Below, piece after piece: positions 11,710 to 23,699 of a stretch of 64,000 nucleotides of DNA (positions are counted from its first letter, which is position 1; every line of letters begins with the position of its first letter). The stretch spans positions 152,892,001 through 152,956,000 of the forward strand of contig JANJGN010000001.1 in NCBI GenBank assembly GCA_026770705.1, read 5' to 3'. Below the pieces are notes generated by a model. That model was not told where the DNA came from. It saw only the letters and a list, made by a program, of their open reading frames with translations, and did not search any database. Position numbers and translations under genes: made by a program. Source of the DNA: Isurus oxyrinchus (lineage: Eukaryota).

Positions 11710-12030
11710 AGTCCCCTCCTTTAGGGTGTTGTTGCAGACCCACATCAGCATTTGACCTATGTGACAGTGAGCCGGGACGTGTTTGTGAAGTTTTCAAAAT
11801 TTATTTCATTATTTTATAAAACTTTCAGGAAACCTCATCCCACTCGTGGATGAGGTTTCCTGAGAAACGCGAAGGCCTTTGGGCTCTTCACTGCCCGCCA
11901 GCCTTAAAGTTGGATGGGCAGCATTGTTAATAAGTGAAATTACTTTTTTAATAGGCTGTTGACAGTTCGGCGGGTGCACAGCTGCCTCTGGTGCGTGCCT
12001 GCCAAACAAAATATCAAAATGCCCCATGAA
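11710..12030. mobile_element. MITE family B fragment
   Basis: Contains the family hairpin ggaaacctcatcccactcgtggatgaggtttcc and ccgccagccttaaagttgg. Confidence 0.65.
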
Positions 12031-12044
12031 ATTATTCAAAGAAT

Positions 12045-12267
12045 AGGAGAAGAGTTCCCATCATGGTGCTTAGGCTAATGCTTTACCCCTTACTCAATAT
12101 GACTAAACCAGATTATCTGGTCATGATCACATCATTGCTGCTTGTAGGGAGTTGCTGTGCCCAAATTGGCTTCCACGTTCTCTGCATGACAACAGAAACT
12201 ACACTTCAAATTTACTTATTGGCTGCAAAGAACTTTGTGATGTTCAGAGGTTGTGAAAGCTGCTATG
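12045..12267 (+). mobile_element. Deu-domain SINE (SacSINE1/AmnSINE-like) 3' part
   Basis: cagattatctggtcatgatcacatc...gttgctgtgcccaaattggc...ctacacttcaaa...ttggctgcaaag...tgtgaaag resembles the Deu-SINE core and tail (recalled consensus). Confidence 0.6.
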
Positions 12268-14289
12268 CCACTGCTCGAACCTGGTGCTGCTGGAACTACA
12301 GAGCTGCCTGCCATCCGATTGAATGGCAACTCTCTAAGGCTTCTTTTCCAGATGCATGCCCGATGTCATCACGCATCATTTTATGCGTCAACGTGTTGGG
12401 CCTTCCCATGCATGCCAACCGGAAGATTCAGCCCCAGATGTGGGGGAGGAGGTAATCCTCACCCTAAGTCAGTTAATGCTCCAGCGTATGGTAAATGGCT
12501 GCAGAGCGGGGATTCAGTGACTGCATTGGGCATTGACTTTGGATTTATACAATCAGTATACTGTTAGTTATGAAGCAAGAAATCATATTGCATGACTGTT
12601 ATAAGTAAATGAACCCACAGTCTTAACTGCTAAAGCAGAACCCTAGCTTATTTGCACCATCTAAAACATTTTAACTTGAAGATTTAATAAGAAGATCTAT
12701 AAAGAGACAACTGTGCACAATTATTCCAAAAAAGCCTTGGGTGGGAAAACTTGTTTGCAGCGCTATGCAGACTACGTCAATTCACCAGGGGCAGGTGGCA
12801 GCATGGGCTTTTATCTGCATGGCCGGCATGTTTTCTCCAATGTTATCAGCAAAGGAATGTGCATGTAAACGGAACACTGCTCTTTAGTTGTTAGCGCAGC
12901 AATAACATAGAACATGATGTTCCTAATGATGGCAATGGGTATGAATAGGTATTGCAGTCCCTGGAAAACAGCACCCATTGATGTCTCAAAGGTATTGTTA
13001 CTGCAACCACTGCTTCTCCTTTTTAACTTGAACAAGTCTCTAATGAGCAAACTGTGCTGCCCAAATTTTGGTTTGGCTGGGATCCTAGATTATTTGGTTA
13101 ACATTTGGTGGTTTGCTGATGTCAAATTCAAAACCTTGCAATGGACGTTTTCAGTACATAAGAAACATTAAATCAGTTTGGCATATTAGATATGTTTATT
13201 CTAGTTTTATCTAGTTTTGTGATTACACTTGGGCATCCTTCACTCAGCCACAGTCAATCTGTAACTGGATCAACACTGAAGATCAATAAGGTAAAGATGT
13301 GTGTCTGCTAGAACAAGAGGGAGTGGTGGGAGTGCAACAAATTTTCCAAATGTGACATTGAAATTTTGGGCCATGACTTCCGAGCTTCGGGGCAGTGTAC
13401 CTGGGGGGGTACCGCAAAGATGTGCTGGGGCACCACCTTCCACAACCACACTGGAAGTTCCCAGGTAAGGATTGCACAGCAATTGCCCGGGAAGTTCAAA
13501 CTTCTGATGGCTTCTCAAAGGCTGGACCTTTAAACTTGCCTGCTTTACAGCACTAGTGCCGTAAAAAAGGGACGCTGCATGCCTGGACAAATGGCCGTGG
13601 GAACCCGCTGCACCGCACAGATCTTACTTGGCCTGAGTTGGAAGGTTGGGTGAGAGAGGAGCGGCTGCATTTCCTGGTAACTAACTATAAGCGGAATGGC
13701 AATCCGATTCAATTGTCACTCCACCAGAAGTTACGGTCCATTCCCTATTTCCTAGAAGATGCAGCCTAACACATGATTGTCTAGATAGCCTCTCCTGCTT
13801 GTATTTTTATTACTGTCAGAGCATGGCGCCTACTGTATGTGCCCAAGAGAAAGCGTTTAGATTTGAAGTAGGAGAGTAGCTTTTCTATAGTGGAACATCT
13901 CAAGGAATTCACACATTCTCCCACCATAACTTCAAAAGAAGATTATCACAAATGCCTGGAGAAATAGTATAAATGGCTAAAAATCACCATTTGCTTTGTT
14001 TCTCCAGAATTTTCACCTAACTTATCATGGGAGATTGGGAGAATGTTGTGGAAATTGTCCTTCATTGTGTTAATGCTATATCCTCTCCACAATCAGTTGG
14101 CTTTCTGTATGCGTTTTGATTAATTATTATTGAAGCTTTAAAATTTAACTAAAAGAGAACTATAGTGGTTGGCCAGTGCACGCACTGCGCAGTTAGCCTG
14201 ACTTTCATGAGACTTATGACCTGCCAAGTGAGCTGAAGGGTACATTGATATCTGACCCCAGCACACAGCACACAGACATAGAGATCCAC

Positions 14290-15875
14290 TCGCCACAAGA
14301 CCAGAAAAGGTAGGAGCAGAAGTAGGCCATTCAACCCATCGAGTCTGCTCCACCATTCAATGAGATCATGGCTGATCTGATAATCCTCAACCCCAATTTC
14401 CTGCTTTTTTCCCATAACCCTTGATTCTCTTACTGATTTAAATCTGTTTATCTCAGCCTTGAATATACCTAACAGCCCAGCCTCTACAGCCCTCTGCGGT
14501 AACGAATTCCACAGATTCATTACCCTCCGAGAGAAGAAATTCCTCCTCCCTGTTTTAAATGGGTGACCCCTTACTCTGAGATTATGCCCTCTGGTCGTAG
14601 ATTCTCCCACAAGGGGAAGCAACCTCTCAGCATCTACCCTGCCAAGCCCCCTAAGAATCTTATGGCAGAATATTGCCATTGGTGGGCGGTGGTGGGCCTG
14701 ACACACCAACATGTAAAATGATGCGTGATGACATCAGGCGTGCATCCTGGCGCCATCCTGAGTCATTTCGGTATTTTGTTCAGCGGGCGCGCGCCGGAGG
14801 GGGCATGAACCCGCCAAACTGTCAGTGACCTATTAAGGCCATTAAAAAAGTAATTAAAGTTGTTGACAACACTGCCTGTTCAACCTTAAGGTTGGCGGAC
14901 AGGCGAAGAGCCCAGACGGCCTTCATGTTTTTCAGAAAACTTCATCCACGGGTGGGATGACGTACCTGAAGCTTGTATAAAATAAATAAATAATTTTCTT
15001 GACTTCACAAATATGTCCCAGCTCATGTGACACTGTCACATGAGGGGACATGTTTAAATAATTGTTTACTTTATTATTTAAAATTTTTTATGATCTACAT
15101 AATCTCCTTGCCTCAGGGGAATTGCTGCACTCTTTCGCATGCATGCGCAAAACAGTGCAGGCCCAGAATCTCCCTCCTCCCCCCACCTGCACAGGTAGTG
15201 TCGAGTGCTACGAAATGCTTATTACGCTGGGCAGGCCTTAATTGGCCCGCCCACATAAAATATAGCCGCGCAGCCAACCGATCGGCTCCGCGCTCGCCCC
15301 TGCCTCTTCCACCTAGTCTGCCCGACATAGGTGACATTCAGCCTTATATGTTTTAATAAGGTTGCCCCTCATGCTTCTAAACTCCAGGCCCAACCTACTC
15401 TGCCTCTCCTCATAAGAAAATCCCTCCATACTCAGGATCAACCTAGTTAACCTTCTCTGGACTGCCTCCAGTGCCAGTATATTTTTCCTTAGGTAAGGGG
15501 ACCAAGGCTGTTCACAGTTTTCTAGGTGTGGTCTAATTAGTGCCTTGTATAGTTTTATCAAACTTCCCTTTTTTATGCTCCATTCCCTTTGAAATAAAGG
15601 CCAACATTCCATTTGCCTGAACCTGCTGAACTTGTATGTTAGCTTTTTGTGATTAATGCATGAGGACTCCCAAATCCCTCTGTGCTGTAGCTTTCTGCAG
15701 TCTTTCTCCATTTAAATAATGTTCAGCTCCTCTATTCTTCCTGCCAAAGTGCATAACCTCACATTTTCTGACATTATATTCCATTTGCCAAGTTTTTTGC
15801 CCACTCACTATACCTGTCTATATCCCTCTGCAGACTCCTTATGTCATCATCGCTATTTGCCTTCCCACCTATTTT
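14290..15875 (-). mobile_element. CR1 LINE 3' part, interrupted by a MITE at 14664-15344
   Basis: LYKALIRPHLE...WSPYLRK..LALEAVQRR and VDAERLLPLVGES.TRGH...WNSLPQRAVEA motifs. The sequence joins across the MITE (aagaatcttat/tatatgtttt). Confidence 0.88.
14664..15344. mobile_element. MITE family B copy
   Basis: TAT|ggcagaatattg...acattcagcct|TAT, with the family hairpins. Confidence 0.8.
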
Positions 15876-18800
15876 GGAGATAGTTTGCTGCCAGTTGCTT
15901 ATTTGTACTCAGCAGCCTCATCTCTGTTTGGGGCTTTATTCTTCACTTTTCCAGGCTTCACTTCAGGATTCATTGGTGTCTCCAAGGCATCCAGAGGATT
16001 CAGACCATGTGGACCCTTTCAGAGATCAGACACCCTTCCGTTGCCCTGGTAATGGGGATTGTGGTCTCCACTGGTGGCACCTCCTCTGAGGAGGAAGAGA
16101 GGGGCAGAAAGGGGAGGATGCTAGGTGTCCCAAAGCAGCTTCCAGGGGAGCAACCAGAGGGAGGAGAGGCGCGGGCACAAGGGGTGCAGGACCAGCAGGA
16201 ATTCCTAGAAGGAAGGAGCTGCAGAAGACATCACTATCCTGCTGCCAGGGTTTACAGGCAGTGATGCAGCTACCTCAATATGTCTGAAGTGCAATGCTGA
16301 AGAAGGCGCTGCCTCTCAAGGGAGACCGTGACCTCCATTTGTCAGATGATTGGGCCTGAGATCAGCTCCAACTGTGTGGGTGGACACCCCATGACTGCGG
16401 CTCTGATTGTCACAGAGGCCCTCAACTTCTATGCCTCCTGCTCTTCCAGGGATCAGTGGGGGATCTGTGTGGAGGGTCCCAATCAGATGTCTACAGTTGC
16501 ATCAAGCTGGTGACAGAAGCTCTGTTCAGGCGAGTACTGACCTTTATTCTTTACCGTACGGAGGAGGCCAGCCAGGCTGAGCGAGCCAGAGGCTTTGCCA
16601 CGATTGCTGGGTTCCCCTGTGTCCAGAGTGCAATAAGCTGCATGTATGTGACCATCAAGGCGCCAGTGAGTCAGCCGGGTGCCTTCGTCAACAGGAAGGG
16701 ATTCCACTCCATGAACGTGCAGATAGTGTGTGACCACAGGATGCAGATTCTGCAAGTCTGTGCAAGGTACCCTGGCAGTTCTCATGACGCGTATATCCTG
16801 AGACACCGCCAGGAGCTGAATGGATGGCTGCTGGGTGACAAGGGCTATCCCTTGAAGAGGTGGCTCATCACGCCTCTCTGCCACCCAAGAACAGAGGCAG
16901 AGCAGCGTTACATTAGGAGCCATGTCTCCACACGGGTGGTGGTAGAGAGGACCATGGGTCTTCTCAAGATGCACTTCCGATGCCTGGACCATTCAGGGGT
17001 GCACTACAATACATCCAGAGCGGGCGTCACTGATAGTGGTTGCATGCTGCACTCTCCACAATCTGGCACTGGCAAGCGCGGACCCACTGGAGGAAGAGGA
17101 TCTTGACGCAGGTCCACAGACCACAGAGGATGGATCCAATGGTGAGTCCAAAGACGGGCACGATGAGGAGAACACTGAGGGTGTGGAGGCAGACCTCGGT
17201 AAGCTCTAGGGAGGTAGGGACACCAGAGACGCCTTGATCCAATGTTCCTTCAGCTAGGCTACCAAAGATCTGCTTCCACCTCATGCCAGGGCTGCTGCCT
17301 CCATCCTGGATGTCTGAAATGACACTTTCATTTGCACCCAAATTCCACTCAATGCCTGTATGTCCAGCATTACATACTGGTCTACCCTGCACCAGAAAGA
17401 AAAAAGGTGAAGCATACTCAGACCATCAGAAGCAAAGCAAATTTAATGTTATTGTCACACTGAAAGCAAATGCCATTACCATTATTGGTCCACATCAGCA
17501 GACATATAAACCAAACATAAATGAACAGAAAATCACCTGTGAACTATCCCTTTTGTGCTCATGGTGCCTTTAACTTACATTTCTGAGTGTTAAGTCTTGG
17601 TACATCCCCTCCCCATACCCCTCACACACACACCCCACCCCCCCCCCCCCTCCCCACCCCCCCAATGCTGGCAGCGGCATTGGGAGCAGCTTGCTGACTC
17701 TGGTGTCTTGTTGACCTTGATGACCTTAGCGGTCATCCTCTGGTCATTGAATTTGTGCTGGCCCTGCCTTGGACAGAGTGGCCTGTGCCAGGGCTGGCAT
17801 CTCCCCAGTCATCACAACCTCATCAGATGCCATGGTCACTGGTGGGGGGTTGGGGGGGGTGGTGGTGGGCGGAGGAGCTGCTGCCGTCATCCAGAGCACC
17901 CTGAGAGGAGCCTGCAGAGACAACAAGTGGTTGGTGCACCCACATGAGGTCGCCCTGGACCTCCCTGCTCACCATTGATGGACCGGCACCTAGTTGGGAT
18001 ACTGGTGCCTCATCCATCTCCCAGGAGGGCTTGCAGTTCCATGCACAAACCCGGAAACCCCTCTTTCTATTTCTTGAGCTGCCTCTCCATGAGAGTCACC
18101 ACTCTCTCAACGGAGGAGGCAGTGCGCTTTGTCATGAAGGTCAACACAATGCTCATGCTCCACATGGACCCCTCAAAAACGGAGACCCTGGCACACAGGC
18201 CCTCATGGATCTCCGCCAGATCCTCCCACACATCCTGCCGGACATCCAGCATCTGCCACCTAATGGACAACTCCAGAGGCTCATCATCTACCTTCGACTG
18301 AGCATTGTCTTGGTCTCCAGCTAACCTCCAACTGCCAGTGCCCATGGGCACCCTCTGCCTCAGCCTGCACCTCAATCGAGTGTGAAGTGCCCTCACCAAT
18401 GTGCACCAACATTCTAGCCATCAATCTAATGCCCATCCGGGTGCTGGTATTTGCACTGGTGCCTGCTTCAGAGAGCGGGTGTGACGCGCGCAAATGATGC
18501 CTAGTGGTCCTTCGACGTCAGGGATGGCCCTTCAGGGTCCAGAGAGTGAGTGCGTGCTGGCAAATCTAAAAGGGAGAACAAGGTCATGTCACTAGTTAAA
18601 GCCTTCACACTGTCACTGTGCATGCCAGGCACGCTGGTGAGACAATGGAGATCTGCATCATGGTGCCATCGTCTTTCAATGATCAATGGGGGCTCCAGGT
18701 TTGAGACTCCAATCAATGAAGAGACTACACTAGAATGGTTGCACAATCAGAAACCCTCACCTCTGTGCACTGCACTCTTGCCTTTGTCTGGCACCCCCGC

Positions 18801-19179
18801 CTCTCCATGCCCGGTTGCATGGGAAGCATGCTGGCTCTCTAGCTCTAGGGTGTCCTGCTCGAATCTGGTGAGCGGCAGCAGTTGGGCTGCCCTCTGCCTG
18901 TCCGTGACTTCTCCAATTAGTTATGGCTTGTCTTCTCCTGAATGGACAGAGGAGCATTGATTAGTCCACTCTCTACCTGCAGCGCCATTGCATCCTGGCC
19001 AACCCCAGCTGAGGAACACCTTGCAGGGCACATCTGAATCGTGGCCCTCAAGCTGCAAGGCACTCAGTCCAAGCAGCCAGCCTGAAATCATGTCAGGGGC
19101 CGATAGCAGCGACGAGCCGTTTCCCATCCGCTCCCAGGCCTGCCAACCATACCCGCCCGCCGATCTCAAAATTCTGGCT
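15872..19179 (+). mobile_element. PIF/Harbinger transposon copy 1 (left end deleted)
   Basis: HARBI1-like transposase pseudogene on + and Myb/SANT gene remnants on -. Right TIR aaaattctggc. Inverted homolog of 44726-48542. Confidence 0.9.
16007..17275 (+). pseudogene. Harbinger DDE transposase, disrupted
   Basis: GFATIAGFPCVQSAI, FVNRKGFHSMNVQIVCD, ARYPGSSHDAYIL, LLGDKGYPL, RVVVERTMGLLKMHFRCLD. In-frame stops and frameshifts upstream. The GAID-type first Asp appears altered. Confidence 0.88.
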
Positions 19180-20284
19180 TATGTTTCTTATTGCCCTTTT
19201 CTTCACTTTCTTTACCTTATTCTGGCTTTTTCTCAATTTGACTTTACAATATTTCTCTTTCTATTTCACAGGTCATTTGACCAGGGATACCACGAGTGTT
19301 TTTCATTCTCCAGCTGGAAAGCGAGAAAAGAACAAGAGAACATTAAGAACACAAGGCCCATCTCAAGATTCATTAATGATCCTTTGTTTCCTCTCTCTCT
19401 CTATGGAAAAAAAAAACAACAGAAGTGCTGGGAAACAGGCAAAGTCTAAATGTAGGAATTTGGGATCCTAGGGCACAAGGGTGGCAGGATGTGATCTCCT
19501 ATGTGAGGTTGCTGCCAAAATAATGGTAAAGCTTGTGGCATTTGGCATGATTTTTGTGTAAAAATGATATAGCAATTTCAAGTGAGGAGCATGTGCAGTT
19601 AAATGCCAATATCCAAAAGTTGCTGTCCAAGTTGTGCCTTTCCACCAATAGCTTTGGAAAAACAGAATTCTTCTGTCTGCCTCACCATTGACATGCATTG
19701 AAAGGTATGGGGTGCTGTAATTGTATGATGAATATGAACTAAACTCACCACAATTTAAGATTTGTCATTACAAACATAAGTTCCCTTTTAACAATTTGAT
19801 AATAGTTACTATCTGCCAATCAGCCTCTCTGGCTCTGAAAATGAATTATTTCAAGTGTGGAGCCTCATTCCTTCTGCTATTAAATGTTGTTGGAGATACT
19901 AAAAATGTTATTTCTTTTACCTTTCTTTACCTCTCTTTTCTGAATCTCTCTCAATCTAATCTTTTCGTTTCTTTTTCTATACTATAATTTGATATTGAAT
20001 TTATCCCTGTAATTTACATATCCTTCTCAATTCTTCTGCTGTTAATTTCATAGTCCTTTAATCTGATTGGGTAAGAAATTACACAGTTTCATGCTCTTTT
20101 CACTCAGGTCTCTGGTACCGGGCATCCCTCACTTCAACATTATCAGCTTACACTTTCAGTAACTTGCCACACAAAAATACTAAAAACCTAAAATATGCAC
20201 AAAGAAGTCTAACTAGTGACAGATGCCTTGCTACAGAAAAGCCATTATATATAGAATTGATATTTTATGTTGAGCACAAAAAGA

Positions 20285-21257
20285 AGGAATTTTCAATCCG
20301 AGGTTGGGAATCCAACACCTGAATCATTTCCAGGCCCTGACCCTGCTCCCTGTCTGCATCCCTAATGTGACACTATTTTAAAATTGGATCCCCTAATTAG
20401 GCCAGAGGGAAACTCGGCATCCAATTAATGGTGTCAGGCACTGCCAAGAGGCAGAAGCTGACTCAAAAGTGCAATGCTCAAAGGCAGATGGGAGCTATGT
20501 CTCGGCTTGCTGTTGACTTACAGAATGGAGGAGACAGGAGATCAGAGGGCCAGCAACCTCATGACACAGACAAGTGGCCAAACAGTCAATGAACAGGTAC
20601 TTGACCTGCTCTGTGTAAATATTTCCAACAATTTTACTTCAGCAGAAACATCACCTAATGGTTCCCCTCATTGCAAGCAACAATTATGCACTAATGAGCA
20701 CCAGATTGCTTGCTTTTTTTGATCTGTGATTTGAAAATCACCTTCTGGCCCTCCCCAGCCAGCTAACATACATTACAAGGAGCTTAATTAGCAATTAATT
20801 GGAGGCGAGTGGGTTGCTGGCTCCCCCTCCCACCATGCCACTGGGTGCTGTGGCGCGCACCTGTAATCCTGCTACTGGGAGGCTGTGGTTGGCGGATTGC
20901 TTGAAGTCGGGAGTTCTGTTCTGCTGTCGTCTGTGCCGATTGGGTGTCCACACTAAGATCGGTGTCCACATGGTGCTCTTCGGGGAACTGACGATCATCA
21001 GGTGTGTTAAAGAGGGGTGAACAGTCCCAGGTCGGGAACGGAGCAGGTCAAAGCCCCCATACTGATCAGTAGTGGGATGGCACCTGAGAATCGATGCAGC
21101 TGTACATGCCTGACCAATATATAAAGACCCCTCCCACCATACCTTTGCTTTGAAAATTGCAGCGCCTTGCAGAGGCGTCAGAAGACTGACCAGGTTCGCT
21201 ATTTTCAAAGCACTCCCACTATAGACCTTGCCCCCTTAGGCTATTGAAAATCAAACC
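20285..21257. mobile_element. MITE-like element hosting the 7SL retrocopy
   Basis: Inverted termini attttcaat...attgaaaat, with internal taatta motifs typical of the local MITEs. Confidence 0.5.
20840..21131 (+). ncRNA. RN7SL: 7SL / SRP RNA full-length retrocopy (probable pseudogene)
   Basis: Colinear with vertebrate 7SL: ctgggtgctgtggcgcgcacctgtaatcc..gctactgggaggctg (Alu domain), gggtgtccacactaag, gaggggtgaac..cccaggtcgggaacggagcaggtcaaa (helix 8, SRP54 site), ctgatcagtagtgggat, ending agacccc. Flanked by a 16-bp duplication. Confidence 0.93.
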
Positions 21258-21259
21258 AT

Positions 21260-21345
21260 TGCATTTATAACACCTTTCACAACTTCAGGACTTCCCAAAG
21301 CACTTTACAATCAATGAAGTTTAGTGGCTGTTGTAACAGTTGTAA
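21260..21345 (-). mobile_element. Deu-SINE/L2-like tail fragment
   Basis: Reverse complement of the 12200-12267 tail (gcatttataacacctttcacaac...cccaaagcactttaca). Confidence 0.55.
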
Positions 21346-21519
21346 AGTGTATCAAGTTCCGGTTTGCTCCATAGGATGGATTTACTTCTTATTGCACTTG
21401 GCCATGAAAGATCTGCTGAGTCCAGCACACACAGAACAGTCAACCTGGCAGGACCACATGATGGAGTTTACTTGATTTATTTTCACTTAAATTCACTTAA
21501 GATCTGACATATAAAGCTC

Positions 21520-21752
21520 ATGGCCATGAAACTATAATTGATTGTCTTAAAAACCCATCTGGTTCACTAATGTCCTTTAGGGAAGGAAATCTGCCATCCT
21601 TACCTGGTCTGGCCTACATGTGACTCCAGATCCACAGCAGTGTGGTTGACTCTTAAGTGCCCTCTGAAATGGACCAGTAAGACACTCAGTTAAAGCCCAG
21701 TTAGGGATGAGCAACAAATGCTGGCTTTGCCAGTGATGCCCATGTCCCATGA
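21520..21752 (+). mobile_element. SINE 3' half (same family as 1520-1980)
   Basis: aaaacccatctggttcactaatgtcctttagggaaggaaatctgcc...gtgactccag...aaatgctggc. Confidence 0.8.
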
Positions 21753-21815
21753 AATAATAAAAACAACAATTAATGCATTCCAAAACTACTAAGATCTCAT
21801 CAAAACAGAATCAAA

Positions 21816-22488
21816 GGGCTGGTTTTTACAGCAACCTGCTAGGTGTGTTTTTGGTGTCAGGTGGGGGACATACAATGTGATGGATGACTAGCCCATAAAA
21901 TGGTAGGCAGGCATGCATTGAAACCGGCAGCCCACTTGCCACGGAAAAAATAAATAAACAGACAATTGAGGTTGTTCACAATCTCAATTGACATAAATAT
22001 TGTACAACATGGTACTGTCAAACCTGTGTTGCAGTTGTTGGGGGCAGGCCGGCAGGAGTGGCCAGTCTGTTTTCTTAATCCAACTGGTTAAAAGACGGAA
22101 GAAAAGGTTTGGGGTGGGGTGGGGGGTGAGATACATCCTTCATGGGGTGACCTGTGCATATCTGCCTTAAGTGCCTGGAACTTACCTTAGTCCAGGATCT
22201 ATTGCTCTTTTCATTGAGGATCTGCTTGCAGTCCCAGCAGCGCCCACTACTGAGTTCTGGCATGGCTGGGACTGCTAGAGCTGCCGGCCAGTCAGACTGG
22301 CCAATAGCACTTGAGGGCGAGACTTCCTCCCACTCTCAGTTTGTTTACGCTGCCCCAGTGTGTCATTGCTGCTGGGGTGGCCTCTTCTAAGTCAATTGTT
22401 TTGAAAGTGATTTTTGTAATGGAGTCGGGGGGGGGGATGCAAGCAATGCACCAGCCATGTTCCCCCCTACCCTGTAGAATTCAGCCCA
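21816..22488. mobile_element. MITE
   Basis: gggctggtttttacag...ctgtagaattcagccc inverted termini. Confidence 0.65.
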
Positions 22489-23699
22489 AAGTCTTTTCTG
22501 TAGGATCATGAACAGAGCAGAAACCATTCATACACAAAAGGACATCCTCCTCGTGAAAAATTAATTTTGCAAATCATCTTTTAGTTGCTTACAGACATGT
22601 CAGAAAATGAGGTGAATCAGGCCAAAATGCATCATAGCCTTGCTTACTTTTAACATTTTGACAAAAATAATGCCCAACTCATTTGGCACATCTCTTCCCT
22701 CCCCTCTCCTCCAAGTTTGTCAGACACTGCTTCATTAATACAGAGTTCTTTTGAACTAGATTTCTAAATGTATGCCAGGGACAGAGCTGAAGTAACTTAC
22801 CCTCAGCAGCTCTTATAAATCTAAAGCATTGACTCTTTACACATTAGTTCTTCGTGCCTGTGGAATTCTCTTCCATATGGCACTGATGCTGAGAACTCTG
22901 CGAGAAGCGCAAATGCACAGGGCTGTTCAGGAAAATCTCTGGCAACCAGAGTGCAATTTCTCCAGGACCCCCTTTCTGCTCAAAGAGCACTGGAGCCAAG
23001 TTCAAGAGACAGCTGTCCTTGTTAGCTACCTCCACCTGCACCTGGCTATTATGCCACCTAATAACCAATAAAACTTTATTTTTTACAGAAATATGTTCCC
23101 CTGCTATCAACTGCCAGCTTTTCAACTTTTATGCCATTTTGCAATACTCAACAGGAAAGCAAAGTCTTTCTTCCCAGATGTCCCTCTAAGCAGTTCAACT
23201 CTGAAATCACATATGAAACAACTCAAACTTTCTTATATTGCCTCTTTGTTGCTGCCACGTGACCAAGTGTAGCTTGAAAAGTGTATTTTCACTTCCATTT
23301 GCTTTTATATTTTTCTCTCACTTTGTTTCATCTTTCGGTGTCAGGAAGTGGTTCTGATAATAGAAAACAGATCTGCTTGATCTGTTGTTGTGTTGCCATT
23401 TTAAGGGTGGTGAATTGCCACTTTACAATCACACTGGATACCCCAGCATTTATGGATAACTGGTTCTTTATAGGAGGAATATGATAGATCAAATTGTAAT
23501 GATGTGGCTGTGGTATGGTTCAAGGTTATTATTAAAAGCAGATTTCAATAGAAGGAAACTAATGGGACCTCTGTTGATTCCAAAGTACAGCAGTTGTTTT
23601 TGCATACGGTGTTTAATTTGCTAACACAGGTTTGACAATACCATGTTGTACAATTAATATTTTGATGTTGTAATGGTATATTTTAATTTAAGCAAATGC

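Noticed and set aside
14008-14123. Phase-1 acceptor followed by a mildly hydrophobic frame (EFSPNLSW...)
   Set aside because: Resembles a small repeat also seen near 10850-10940, ends in a stop, and is not KIT-like.
16456-17106. Domesticated HARBI1 host gene
   Set aside because: Frameshifts and stops, a TIR, a paired Myb/SANT gene and a second copy in the window indicate a decayed transposon.
20840-21131. Primate Alu or human contamination
   Set aside because: It contains the S domain that Alu lacks, is not dimeric, has no A-tail and is integrated with a TSD in non-mammalian repeats.
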